From contig JBHLLP010000040.1 of the NCBI GenBank assembly GCA_048885525.1, positions 1 through 30,905 of the forward strand: 30,905 nucleotides of DNA, written 5' to 3'. This DNA is from Candidatus Hermodarchaeota archaeon. Its GTDB lineage: Archaea; Asgardarchaeota; Lokiarchaeia; Sigyniarchaeales; SOKP01. The notes below the pieces were generated by a model. The model was not told where the DNA came from. It worked only from the letters and a program-made list of their open reading frames with translations, and ran no database searches. Positions 1-9,861 of this stretch are shown here, piece by piece (position 1 is the first letter of the stretch; each line of letters starts with the position of its first letter). Made by a program: the position numbers and the translations under genes.

Positions 1-219
1 ATCCAATTCACCGCCACATCACTTAATAAAAGGCAAATTAAACATTTTGTTAAAAAAGAGAACTTCAAAACTTTATCAAATACTCGGTTCATTGACCCAT
101 TAATCCATGGTATTTCTCCAACAATATAATTATACCCAATTTCCTGCTTTCTCGATATGAAAGCCTCGAAACAATTGATCAGAAATTATTAAATTCATAA
201 AAAATTTGGTGAAATTAGC

Positions 220-882
220 ATGGATTTTATCGAGAGAAACTATAAAATTTTAGAGGAAAGAATGATTAAGCAAACGGATGTTTCTCTTAACTTCGGGAAG
301 TCTATAATTGAATCAGAGTTAGATACAGGGATCCTAAACGTCTTAGTTAAACCAATCATAAAATCTTTTTATAAATATTGGAGTGATAAAGATGCTCGTG
401 TTGGTACTTTAGAACAGATAAGAATAACTCTCAATTCTGCTAAAGAATTTATTACAAGTGGGGATGGATCAAAGGAACAATTTGATATGATTATTAATAA
501 GAATTTCACTATATATTTAGAAAATGACCAAACAGATAGAGGGTGTAAAAAAAAACATCGAAATTACAAAAGACTAAGAGAAGTGACAAAAAAGTGCTTT
601 ATAACACAGGTCGAAGAAAGTGTATTACTTTTAAAGGTTGATGAGGATATTCAGAATTATAATGATTTGTCAAGAGCAACATATAAAACAAAAGAAAAAG
701 CATATTTTGCTTTAAAACGTCAATTAGACTTTAAAGAAGAAGGAATATCCATTGTAGAACAAGATGATTCAATATTAAATGTCCCTATAGGGAAAAATAT
801 CATGTTAATGGTACTGCGTCAGGCATTTGAACTTACAAAAGTAAAATTACTTGAAGAACTTGATAAAATTTTCAATTTTTAA
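220..882 (+). CDS. Hypothetical helical protein (220 aa)
   Basis: Long ORF with GGTGA SD 7 nt upstream of ATG; no recognised motif. Confidence 0.8.
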   Translation: MDFIERNYKILEERMIKQTDVSLNFGKSIIESELDTGILNVLVKPIIKSFYKYWSDKDARVGTLEQIRITLNSAKEFITSGDGSKEQFDMIINKNFTIYLENDQTDRGCKKKHRNYKRLREVTKKCFITQVEESVLLLKVDEDIQNYNDLSRATYKTKEKAYFALKRQLDFKEEGISIVEQDDSILNVPIGKNIMLMVLRQAFELTKVKLLEELDKIFNF

Positions 883-920
883 TTAAGATAAAGATTAATT
901 GTCATGCTGAATAAAAGTCT

Positions 921-1250
921 CTAACGAAATCGATTACCTATATGTCCATAAAAGATGATTTTTGAGTTATAATCGCCCTTAGCATCTGCAAGTATGATTT
1001 TTTCAAAAATCCGAAATTTCCACTCTGTTACTTCACGTTTTTTTTGGTATATAACTTGTCTCTCTATTTTTTCCTCACTATCATCGCTAAATGCAACCAA
1101 ATAAATCTTAATACACATAATTGTTGTCTTAATAGTAGTTTTTTGATGCGTACGTTTGTTTAATTTATTTAATTTTTCAAAGGAATTTTCATTGAAATTA
1201 GACTCTGAATTTACCTTTCGGGAATTTTGACACTTTTTAAGTTTTATCAA
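921..1250 (-). CDS. Doubtful hypothetical ORF or gene remnant (109 aa)
   Basis: TTG-started ORF in an otherwise unexplained gap; no motif, no clear SD. Confidence 0.25.
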   Translation of the reverse strand: MIKLKKCQNSRKVNSESNFNENSFEKLNKLNKRTHQKTTIKTTIMCIKIYLVAFSDDSEEKIERQVIYQKKREVTEWKFRIFEKIILADAKGDYNSKIIFYGHIGNRFR

Positions 1251-1407
1251 TTGGCTATAGTTTTAGTACACCCGCAAATATCTTTCTATTAATGCATACT
1301 TCCATGATCAATCACTAAAGATTTCCAATAGAAATGTATAGCAGAAATTTAGGAATAGCTAAGGATTTAATAGAAAAATTTGATTATTATTAGATTTATT
1401 TATTTCT

Positions 1408-2058
1408 TTAAAAGGAAGTAAGTGTTGCGGCGGGATTGCTTCGGTTAACTCTGTCTTTAGCAATTAAAGTAGTAACTGGTGCTTCTGAAAGATGGGTAAA
1501 TGTAACATCATGTCCTATACATAAACCAATTATTATATTCATATCAGTTTTAGCTTTGTTTAATAATAAAGCTTGAGCTACAGGATTACATGAGACATAA
1601 TTAAAATTGCATCCAGTCCTAGAATAAACTGCCATTTCTTCCGGAATACTGATATCAATCTTTTTATTTGCTCCAGTTGGGCAACTTACCGAACTAACTT
1701 CAAAACCATAATTATTAAGAATATCTGCTGTTATTTTAGTTTCTTTCTGAAATGCACCACACGATGCAATTCCTAGCTTTACAAATCCCATTACTTTCGC
1801 ATACTCTATAGTATCCTTTAAACGAGGTACATGGTCTTGATATTTTGCAATTGTTGCGGCGATATTAGATTTTTTTATAAACTCATCCGTTTCGTATAAT
1901 ATAATCGCTTTTTTTTGAATTTCGGGACTAACTTTTATAGGGCAATTTTCTAATTCTTTATTAGGTTTTCCTAATGCGCAATGGTAAGAACAATCACATT
2001 CATAACAAGTTGGATCCATTTTAATCATCTTATTGGGATTGTCTGAATTACTATTCAT
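1408..2058 (-). CDS. DUF1847 family Cys-rich putative metal-binding protein
   Basis: Motifs CNPVAQALLLN and GLCIGHD plus N-terminal Cys cluster; ATG 2058 follows GTGA SD (track start 2082 is likely too long). Confidence 0.85.
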   Translation of the reverse strand: MNSNSDNPNKMIKMDPTCYECDCSYHCALGKPNKELENCPIKVSPEIQKKAIILYETDEFIKKSNIAATIAKYQDHVPRLKDTIEYAKVMGFVKLGIASCGAFQKETKITADILNNYGFEVSSVSCPTGANKKIDISIPEEMAVYSRTGCNFNYVSCNPVAQALLLNKAKTDMNIIIGLCIGHDVTFTHLSEAPVTTLIAKDRVNRSNPAATLTSF

Positions 2059-2385
2059 TGGAATCACTATAATTATAAACAAATTTAATATTATTTTATC
2101 AATTAATATTTTTTATATTCAAATTAAATAAAAATAATATATTTTATCTGGATTTTCAATAAAAAATTACATATCTTGACAATTTAAATTGAATTAATTG
2201 AATTTAAAAAGCAATGGATATTATCGTATATTTTAAAATCGAAAACTTCTCTTTTTTTTTTAATAATCTATTAATTTGTTCTTTATTATATACAGACTTT
2301 TGTTAGATTTATATACAATGTGAACTAATATAATAAACAAAATCTATAAAAAAAATCAAAAAGAAAAAGAAGAGGTTATTAAGAT

Positions 2386-3555
2386 ATGAAAAAAACAAGA
2401 AGATTAAGTCTGCTTTTAATAGGATTTCTACTTTTTCTTCCATTCATTAGATTTTCTAGAGCACAAGGTGCTTATGTAGGAATACAAGACACAGATGCAT
2501 TTTTATGGGAATTGAGATTATATCCAACTAATTGGGTAACATACTTTGCGGATGATTTAGAAACTATGTTAGAGACATTCTTTCCTTTAGGAGTAGAATA
2601 TAATATGACTAAAATTTTCGGTGACTGGAGCTGGACTGGACCACCACAATCATATTGGCCTTTAACAGTTAGTACTATAGGTATTGAAGGATCTGGACAA
2701 ATTCTTTTACCATATGATCCTACAATTATCACATATTCACCTGTTAATGGAACAGCAGGATATGAAATTCCCATATATCCCGTACTTAATGATTATTGGG
2801 ATAGTACTTGGTATATAGTGAATGATAGCTCAAGTTTCTTACGCCAAACACTAGGTTTAACGTTAGCATTCAGTGCATATGGTATTATGGGTGCTCCATT
2901 TGTACCAACAACTATTAATTGGACAGCATTTGCAGCAGAAGCTAATTCATGGATGGCTTTTTATGGAGGGTTTTATGCTAACGTCTCTGTCACCTCCCTA
3001 GGTAATGGATATTCAATATATGTGCCAACGTTCGGATTTGAAAACAATACTGCTCTTATTAACATAGATGTTGCATTTGATACTAATGGCGTTCTTACAT
3101 ATTATCAATTTACATATGGATCAGATATGCTTATTGATTATATTTTAGTCGAACCAACTGATCCTGTTATAACAAGCGCTCCGAGTGATCTTACTATTGA
3201 AGAGGGTTACACAGGTCAATATATTTCTTGGATAGCAACAGATTTGAGCCCAAACACTTACAGTATTGATCGTCAAGACATTGGAAATGTAGCAGGTCCA
3301 AGCGCATGGTTAAGTGGTACGGCAATTACATATAATATTCCAACAGGCCTTACTGAAGGAAATTATACCTATACAATCACCATTACAGATGATTACGGTG
3401 GTTCTGTTACTGATTCTGTTACTGTAACTGTTGAAAAACCAGAACCAGAACCAGAAACCCCACCGATCCCTGGATTTGAACTTTCAATAGTGATTGGTGT
3501 ATCCGCTATTGTTGTTATCGGTTTAATCGTTTTAATGAAGAAAAAAAATAGATAA
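2386..3555 (+). CDS. Secreted cell-surface glycoprotein with Ig-like domain and Loki-CTERM/PGF-like C-terminal anchor
   Basis: Signal peptide (MKKTRR + hydrophobic + SRA), many N-x-S/T sequons, Ig-like GNYTYTITITDDYG, PE linker, IPGF + TM + KKKNR tail. Confidence 0.85.
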   Translation: MKKTRRLSLLLIGFLLFLPFIRFSRAQGAYVGIQDTDAFLWELRLYPTNWVTYFADDLETMLETFFPLGVEYNMTKIFGDWSWTGPPQSYWPLTVSTIGIEGSGQILLPYDPTIITYSPVNGTAGYEIPIYPVLNDYWDSTWYIVNDSSSFLRQTLGLTLAFSAYGIMGAPFVPTTINWTAFAAEANSWMAFYGGFYANVSVTSLGNGYSIYVPTFGFENNTALINIDVAFDTNGVLTYYQFTYGSDMLIDYILVEPTDPVITSAPSDLTIEEGYTGQYISWIATDLSPNTYSIDRQDIGNVAGPSAWLSGTAITYNIPTGLTEGNYTYTITITDDYGGSVTDSVTVTVEKPEPEPETPPIPGFELSIVIGVSAIVVIGLIVLMKKKNR

Positions 3556-3575
3556 AAACTTTAAAAATAAATTCC

Positions 3576-3592
3576 TTTTTTTTCCCTTTTTT
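3576..3592 (+). terminator. Oligo-T archaeal terminator
   Basis: T-runs directly after the stop codon at 3555. Confidence 0.5.
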
Positions 3593-3772
3593 AAAGATTC
3601 AGGATTTTCGCAATTCTTTATTAATATTTTGAAATCCAATTAAAAATCATATCAATTGAGGGTTATTTTTGGTTGGATGGCACTAATTTTAGAATTTTAA
3701 TTCAAAATAAGTTTTAATTTTTCTATTTAAAATATTAATAATTTTTTTTAAAATAGTGAATAAATATTATAT

Positions 3773-4294
3773 ATGATTGAGTATATTCCTATTGATTTGA
3801 GCATACATAAATCATTACTAATAGATTTAAATGAGGAATACTTGTCTTGGATCGGCGATGAAGTTAAGAAACATTATAAATTAGATTTGATTTCAATATT
3901 GGGACAATCGATTCGAGCTTACACAGAAAATAGTATCAAGGAACTTATTTCTTATAAGCCAGATGAGGGGTTATTTTATATATTACAAATCAATGATGAA
4001 ATAATAGGGATGGATGCTTTTAGAAAACTAGAAGATAATAAGGGTGAATTAAAGCGAATGTATATTAGGCAAGAATTTCGAGGGAATGGATATGGAAAAG
4101 CGCTTCTTAAAAAACTTTTAGATAAGGGGAAAGAATTTGGATGTTCAAAAATTCTACTTGATACTGGGCGATTCATGGCTGCTGCACAACATGTTTATCG
4201 TTCAGCAGGATTCAGAGAGATCGTTAAATATCCTGAAACTGAGGTTCCGTTAGAGATGCAACCTTATTGGATTTATATGGAAAAAATCCTTTAA
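3773..4294 (+). CDS. GNAT family N-acetyltransferase
   Basis: ELKRMYIRQEFRGNGYGKALL acetyl-CoA motif A; AQHVYRSAGF. Confidence 0.9.
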   Translation: MIEYIPIDLSIHKSLLIDLNEEYLSWIGDEVKKHYKLDLISILGQSIRAYTENSIKELISYKPDEGLFYILQINDEIIGMDAFRKLEDNKGELKRMYIRQEFRGNGYGKALLKKLLDKGKEFGCSKILLDTGRFMAAAQHVYRSAGFREIVKYPETEVPLEMQPYWIYMEKIL

Positions 4295-4338
4295 ATTAAA
4301 TTAATTATATTCAAATTTTAAGTTAAAATTGATACAAA

Positions 4339-5250
4339 ATGTCTGACAAAATTGTTAGGAATAAATATCCTCTCTTTATGAGCAAATTTGCTGAAATAAA
4401 CAAGATTAAACTTCATTATGTTAAAGCAGGTCCAGATGAAGGAAAATTAATTGTATTTTTACATGGGTTTCCCCAATTTTGGTATATGTGGAGAGATCAA
4501 CTTATAGAATTTTCAAAAGACTATTTAGCAGTTGCTCCTGATATGAGAGGATATAATCTCTCATCTAAACCAAAAGGTGTTGAACAATATCAACTCCATC
4601 ATATGGTTGAAGATCTAAGAGCATTGGTTGAAGAGCATTTTGATCGTAAAAAATTCATTCTTGTTGGGCATGATTGGGGAGGTGCTGTTGCTTTTCCATT
4701 CGCAAGTAGGTATCCAGAATTAGTTGAAAAGTTAATAATCATAAACGCTCCACATCCAAACGTGTTTGCAAGACTTTTAGCAAGAAATAAAGATCAGCAA
4801 TCTTCAAGTCAATATATGTTACTTTTAAGAACACAAGGGGCAGAGGGGATTATATCTGCAAATAATTACAAAACTTTATTTGAGGCAATTATCACCCCTG
4901 AAATGGAATTTAATGAAGATGACCGCCAAATGTACTTAGAAGCGTGGTCCCAACATGGTGCTCTAACTGGTGGGTTAAATTATTATCGTGCCGGTGGACT
5001 TCGTCCTCCATCAAATGGAGAAAGAATATCAGAATTAGCAAATAAACAAATAGAGATAAATAATATTATGATAAATGTTCCAACGTTAATAATCTGGGGG
5101 GAGAAAGATACTGCTTTAACAGTTCATAATCTTGAAGGATTAGAGGAATTTATAACAGATCTAAGAATTAAAAGGATTCCTGAGGGGTCTCATTGGGTAA
5201 TAAATGAGCAACCAAATAAGGTAAATTCATTAATTCGAGATTTTATCTAA
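4339..5250 (+). CDS. Alpha/beta hydrolase, epoxide hydrolase-like
   Basis: HGFP oxyanion motif, GHDWGG nucleophile Asp, NYYRA, WGEKD, C-terminal HW catalytic His. Confidence 0.9.
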   Translation: MSDKIVRNKYPLFMSKFAEINKIKLHYVKAGPDEGKLIVFLHGFPQFWYMWRDQLIEFSKDYLAVAPDMRGYNLSSKPKGVEQYQLHHMVEDLRALVEEHFDRKKFILVGHDWGGAVAFPFASRYPELVEKLIIINAPHPNVFARLLARNKDQQSSSQYMLLLRTQGAEGIISANNYKTLFEAIITPEMEFNEDDRQMYLEAWSQHGALTGGLNYYRAGGLRPPSNGERISELANKQIEINNIMINVPTLIIWGEKDTALTVHNLEGLEEFITDLRIKRIPEGSHWVINEQPNKVNSLIRDFI

Positions 5251-5364
5251 TTTTCTTAACTTAGTAGGAGAATTTTCAATAAAATTTATTGACTAATATA
5301 AACTTTTTTTACTTCCGCTTTTCTAATAACCTTATAAAAATTCAATTTAAAGTTGAAATAAATT

Positions 5365-6744
5365 TTGAATTTTCGGATTGAAAAAGATGTTTTAGGTGAG
5401 GTTAAAGTCCCCGAAGAGGTATATTGGGGTATTAATACACAACGAGCAATACAGAATTTTAAAATAAGTGGTAAGAGATTTCCAGAGATTTTTATTCTGT
5501 CATTAGCTCAAATGAAAAAAGCGTGTTTAATGGCAAATATTGAATTAGGATTAATTGGAGAAAGTAACGGTAATGCAATTCTCGATGCTATAAATGAGAT
5601 TTTAGAAGAGAATAAGTACTTAGACCAATTTCCTATTGATATCTATCAAACGGGGTCTGGAACTCAAACTAATATGAATATGAATGAGGTCTTAGCAAAT
5701 CGTGCTAATGAAATTTTAGGACATCCAATAGGTAAAAAACATCCAATACACCCTAATGATCATGTAAATAAAGGTCAGTCTTCTAATGATGTGATTCCAA
5801 GTACGATGCATTTATCTGCTTTACTTATGATTCAAAGATTATTTCCTGTATTAGAAAGATTAAGAGAAAATTTAGATAATAAAATTAAAGAGTTTAAAGA
5901 TATTTTTAAAGTAGGAAGGACACATCTACAGGATGCTGTTCCTATCCCTCTTTCTTTAGAATTTGAGGTTTATAAAAAGCAAATCGAAACTAATTTGGAG
6001 CGATTGAAAGAAACATGCAATGAATTATATTATATCCCAATTGGGGGAACAGTTTTAGGAACGGGTTTGAATACACATAAAGATTTTGCTAAACTTACTG
6101 TTTCTCATCTCTCAAAAATAACTAATATACCCTTTAAAGAAAATCCAGTGAAAGCAGAGGGAATTGCTTCACATAATACAATTGTTAAAGCTAGCAGTAA
6201 TTTACGTTTGTTAGCTTTATCATTATTAAAGATGGCTAATGACATTCGCTGGATGGGGAGTGGACCAAGAGCAGGATTTGCAGAGTTAATATTACCACAA
6301 AATGAACCTGGATCTTCAATAATGCCAGGTAAAATAAATCCAACTCAATCAGAAGCATTAATCCAAGTATGTCTTCAAGTTTTTGGAAATGATTCAGTAA
6401 TATCATTTGGAGAAACATACGGAAGTATTTTGGATTTGAATGTCTGTAAACCTATTATAATTATTAATTTAATTGAATCTATAGAGATATTAATTGGAGG
6501 GATAAATTCATTTATCGATAACTGTTTATTAAATTTAAAAGCCAATATTAAACAAATGAATAAACAACTAGACCAAATGCTTATGCTAGTCACAAACCTA
6601 ACTCCTATCGTTGGATATGATAAATGCTCCGAGATAGTACAGAGAGCATATAAAGAAGAAAAGAGTGTTAAAGCAGTTATAAAAGAGATGGGTTTAAAAA
6701 TAGATAACCTCGATGAGTTATTGGATCCAAGAAAAATGGTTTAA
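5365..6744 (+). CDS. fumC: Class II fumarate hydratase
   Basis: QTGSGTQTNMNMNEV, HPNDHVN, QSSND, GRTHLQDA, GSSIMPGKINPTQSE signature; TTG start. Confidence 0.92.
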   Translation: MNFRIEKDVLGEVKVPEEVYWGINTQRAIQNFKISGKRFPEIFILSLAQMKKACLMANIELGLIGESNGNAILDAINEILEENKYLDQFPIDIYQTGSGTQTNMNMNEVLANRANEILGHPIGKKHPIHPNDHVNKGQSSNDVIPSTMHLSALLMIQRLFPVLERLRENLDNKIKEFKDIFKVGRTHLQDAVPIPLSLEFEVYKKQIETNLERLKETCNELYYIPIGGTVLGTGLNTHKDFAKLTVSHLSKITNIPFKENPVKAEGIASHNTIVKASSNLRLLALSLLKMANDIRWMGSGPRAGFAELILPQNEPGSSIMPGKINPTQSEALIQVCLQVFGNDSVISFGETYGSILDLNVCKPIIIINLIESIEILIGGINSFIDNCLLNLKANIKQMNKQLDQMLMLVTNLTPIVGYDKCSEIVQRAYKEEKSVKAVIKEMGLKIDNLDELLDPRKMV

Positions 6745-6880
6745 TTGAAAATGTGAAATTAGGACTAGCTTGCTTCTTAGGCTCTTTGATCCTAATTTAA
6801 TATTCATAAATTTTATATTTTAATCGCGTGTAACATCAAATAATAAAGATTGAGTGTTTTTTTTACAAAGTTGACTACTT

Positions 6881-8878
6881 ATGAGAGAGATCTCAAAATT
6901 GGTTGAGGATGTTCTGAAAGAAGTGAGCGGTAAAAAGGCTTGGAATTGGGTTGCTAAAATAACCCAATATAATCGACTTAAAGGAACACAAGAATATCAT
7001 GAAATTGTAGAACATATAATAAATGAATTGAATAATTTCAATCTTGATGAAGTAAAGCTTTTAAAATACCCTGCAAATGGAAAAACAAAGTCATGGGCAT
7101 TTACAACTTCACGTTGCTGGGATGTTAAATCCGGTGAACTATGGTTAATAGAGCCAAATAAAGAATTATTGTGTAGATTTGATGAAATTCCAATGTGTAT
7201 CGTAACAAATTCTAAAAGTTGTAACATTATTACTGAATTAGTTGATGTAGGAGAAGGAATTAGTGAAGAAAATTTTAAGGGAAAAGATGTAAAAGGAAAA
7301 TTTGTTTTAATGTCAGCACCAAAATTAGCAATATCACCTTTATATGTCGATAAAGGAGCAGTGGGGGTTATTATATATCCCGATTCGAAAAGGGCAAATG
7401 GGTATCGCGACATGACAATTTACAAAGCGTTCCAGTCAAAAAATGAAATTTTAGAAAAAACCACATTTGGTTTTAGTATAACATATGAGCAAGCAATGTA
7501 CTTAAAAGAGCTTTTAAAAGAAGGAATTGTGAAAATTCATGGTAAAATAGATGCTCACCTTTTTGATGGAGATATAGAAGTTATATCAGCGGCTATTAAC
7601 GGTACAGAAATTTCACATGAAGAAATCATACTGACTGCACATCTTTGTCATCCAAAAGAAGGAGCAAATGACAATGCTAGTGGTTCAGCAGGTTTAATAG
7701 AATTAGTACGTTCTCTTATAACTCTTATTAAAAATAAGATAATTAATCCTCCTAAACGTACTATAAGGTTCCTATGGGTTCCTGAATTTGAAGGTACGTG
7801 GCCATGGGCAAAAGAAAATGAAACAAAAGTTAAAAATGCCTTGTGCAACCTTAACTTAGATATGATAGGAGAACATCCAATTAAGATTGGGAAGCCATGT
7901 GATATTTGTCAAGCTCCATATTCAAGACCATCAATTTTAAATGATTTAATCAGATATTTCACCCAAGAAATTGCAGATCATCCAAATGGAACTGCTGTTA
8001 ACGGAACTAATGTGCCTATGAGATATCGTATAACTCCATTTACAGGAGGAAGTGATCAACATGTATTTGTCGACACTGTTATTGGAATTCCTGGAATGAT
8101 GTTTGGGCATACAGATCCTCTCTGGCACACATCTCTTGATACAATTGAAAATGTAGATTCAACAGAGATGCAACGTGTTATTAGTATTGCACTTTGTACA
8201 AGTTATATTTTTGCAACTTTAGATGCTGAATCTTTAATCGAAATATGGCCTATTCTAGAGGAAGGATTTTATCAAAGATTAGGTAAAGTAAAAAAAGTGC
8301 TTCTAACTCTTTATAAAGAAATACTCGATAATTCTAATTCCATTCGATCTATTGAGATTAAAGTTTCTAAAGAAGAAAAAGCATTTTTAGGATTAGCTTT
8401 ATTAGAAGCTATTATTCATTTTGAAAAAGAAATCTTAAATTCAATAAAAAGATTTAACCCATCCGTATTGCTTGAAAAAGGGTTGATCTCGATAAGGTTT
8501 AATGAATTAAATCAATGGTTTGAGTATCAAAAATCTCAATGGATAACTATATGTAAAGATGCTGGCGTTGACTTAAATATAATCGATGAACCCTTATTTT
8601 TGAATAATAAATGGGAATTGTTAGTTTTAGGAATTAGGAGTTTTATAGATTTCTTCTCTCTTTATTTTTCAAAACCTTTTGAAAAAATAAAATCTCCTGA
8701 ACCACCAGAACTATATTTAGGAGATATTCATGAGATTTTTAATCTTATTGGATGTTCTTTCAATCTTAAAATGATTTGTGCTATGCTAACAATTGAATAT
8801 AACCACATATTTCTTCCTACAGAAGTTCAGGAATATTTGAAATTTTTGGAAGAGAAAAAGTATATAAAAAGAATTTAA
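6881..8878 (+). CDS. M28-family Zn aminopeptidase-like protein with PA domain (DUF4910-like)
   Basis: AHLCH, GANDNASG, WVPE, NLDM, GGSD, WHTSLD metal-ligand motifs; PA-like insert. Confidence 0.8.
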   Translation: MREISKLVEDVLKEVSGKKAWNWVAKITQYNRLKGTQEYHEIVEHIINELNNFNLDEVKLLKYPANGKTKSWAFTTSRCWDVKSGELWLIEPNKELLCRFDEIPMCIVTNSKSCNIITELVDVGEGISEENFKGKDVKGKFVLMSAPKLAISPLYVDKGAVGVIIYPDSKRANGYRDMTIYKAFQSKNEILEKTTFGFSITYEQAMYLKELLKEGIVKIHGKIDAHLFDGDIEVISAAINGTEISHEEIILTAHLCHPKEGANDNASGSAGLIELVRSLITLIKNKIINPPKRTIRFLWVPEFEGTWPWAKENETKVKNALCNLNLDMIGEHPIKIGKPCDICQAPYSRPSILNDLIRYFTQEIADHPNGTAVNGTNVPMRYRITPFTGGSDQHVFVDTVIGIPGMMFGHTDPLWHTSLDTIENVDSTEMQRVISIALCTSYIFATLDAESLIEIWPILEEGFYQRLGKVKKVLLTLYKEILDNSNSIRSIEIKVSKEEKAFLGLALLEAIIHFEKEILNSIKRFNPSVLLEKGLISIRFNELNQWFEYQKSQWITICKDAGVDLNIIDEPLFLNNKWELLVLGIRSFIDFFSLYFSKPFEKIKSPEPPELYLGDIHEIFNLIGCSFNLKMICAMLTIEYNHIFLPTEVQEYLKFLEEKKYIKRI

Positions 8879-9042
8879 GATTCGAATTAATGCAAGATCT
8901 TTAGTAATCTATGAAACAGTTAAATAAAGAAGGTTTAAATTCATCAAAATAAAACGGGAACTTTTACCTTTATTTAAAAAATTTAAAAGATTCGAGGGAT
9001 AAATAAAAAATTATCTAAAAGAACGTAAAATCTCCTTGAAAT

Positions 9043-9813
9043 TTATAAAAGTTGACCGTAAATGACTTCAGTATCATATTCGAATTTAATCAATTCATTT
9101 TCTTGATACTTTTTAAATAATCGCTTTAAATCAAGCAGCATATTGTTAAATTTAGGATTATCATCTAATGGTATGTATGAAGTAGAAAGTAATCGCCCTT
9201 CTAAACCGGTGTAATCAAATATTTGATGGTTATCAAATGTTACTCTTTTATAAATATTCTCTCCAAAAAATTTATTAAAATCAAGTTTACTTTTCTCAAT
9301 AGCCTTATAATCTGTTCCATACTTCAAAAGAAATTTTTCATATTCCTTTAAAAACTCATTTGTATTTTTTCTTCGACGATTCCAAATCAGAATAATCCAA
9401 CCATTAGGTTTAAGAATACGTTGAAATTCTAATTTAGTTTTTTCTAGATTAAACCAATGAAACGCTTGTCCCGCTGTTACAATATCAATAATTTTATTAT
9501 CTAGTGTTGTACTTTCTGCAGAACCATTAATACTAATAAAGTTTGAAAATTCTCTCAAAAATACCTTTCCAGCATTTCTCATATCAGTATTTGGCTCAAC
9601 ACCATAAACTAAATTTCCTTCTTTTAAAAAAAGTTTACTTAAAATTCCTGTTCCTGATCCTATGTCCGCAATTACAGAATTAGTAGAGAAAATTTCCTCC
9701 TCTTTCAAGAATTCAATTATTTCTTGAGGATAACTAGGCCTATATTTGATATAGTTTTCTACTCTTGAAGAGAATCGCTTTTTCGGGTCTAGTTTGAATT
9801 TTTTATCAAACAT
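9043..9813 (-). CDS. Class I SAM-dependent methyltransferase
   Basis: IADIGSGTG motif I, GVEPN, AGQAFHWF, N-terminal YRPSYP. Confidence 0.9.
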   Translation of the reverse strand: MFDKKFKLDPKKRFSSRVENYIKYRPSYPQEIIEFLKEEEIFSTNSVIADIGSGTGILSKLFLKEGNLVYGVEPNTDMRNAGKVFLREFSNFISINGSAESTTLDNKIIDIVTAGQAFHWFNLEKTKLEFQRILKPNGWIILIWNRRRKNTNEFLKEYEKFLLKYGTDYKAIEKSKLDFNKFFGENIYKRVTFDNHQIFDYTGLEGRLLSTSYIPLDDNPKFNNMLLDLKRLFKKYQENELIKFEYDTEVIYGQLL

Positions 9814-9861
9814 GATAATTTTAAATATAAAAAAAGTAAAAAATTTGTTTAATATCTTTAA

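Noticed and set aside
1-200. Possible partial CDS at the window start
   Set aside because: Several short open frames on both strands with no recognisable motif; cannot choose one
2183-2208. Near-perfect 26-bp palindrome TTTAAATTGAATTAATTGAATTTAAA
   Set aside because: Almost pure A/T in an extremely AT-rich spacer; plausible by chance
6756-6798. Inverted repeat AAATTAGGA...TCCTAATTT after fumC
   Set aside because: Single copy with a 25-nt loop; at most a terminator-type hairpin, no evidence for a MITE
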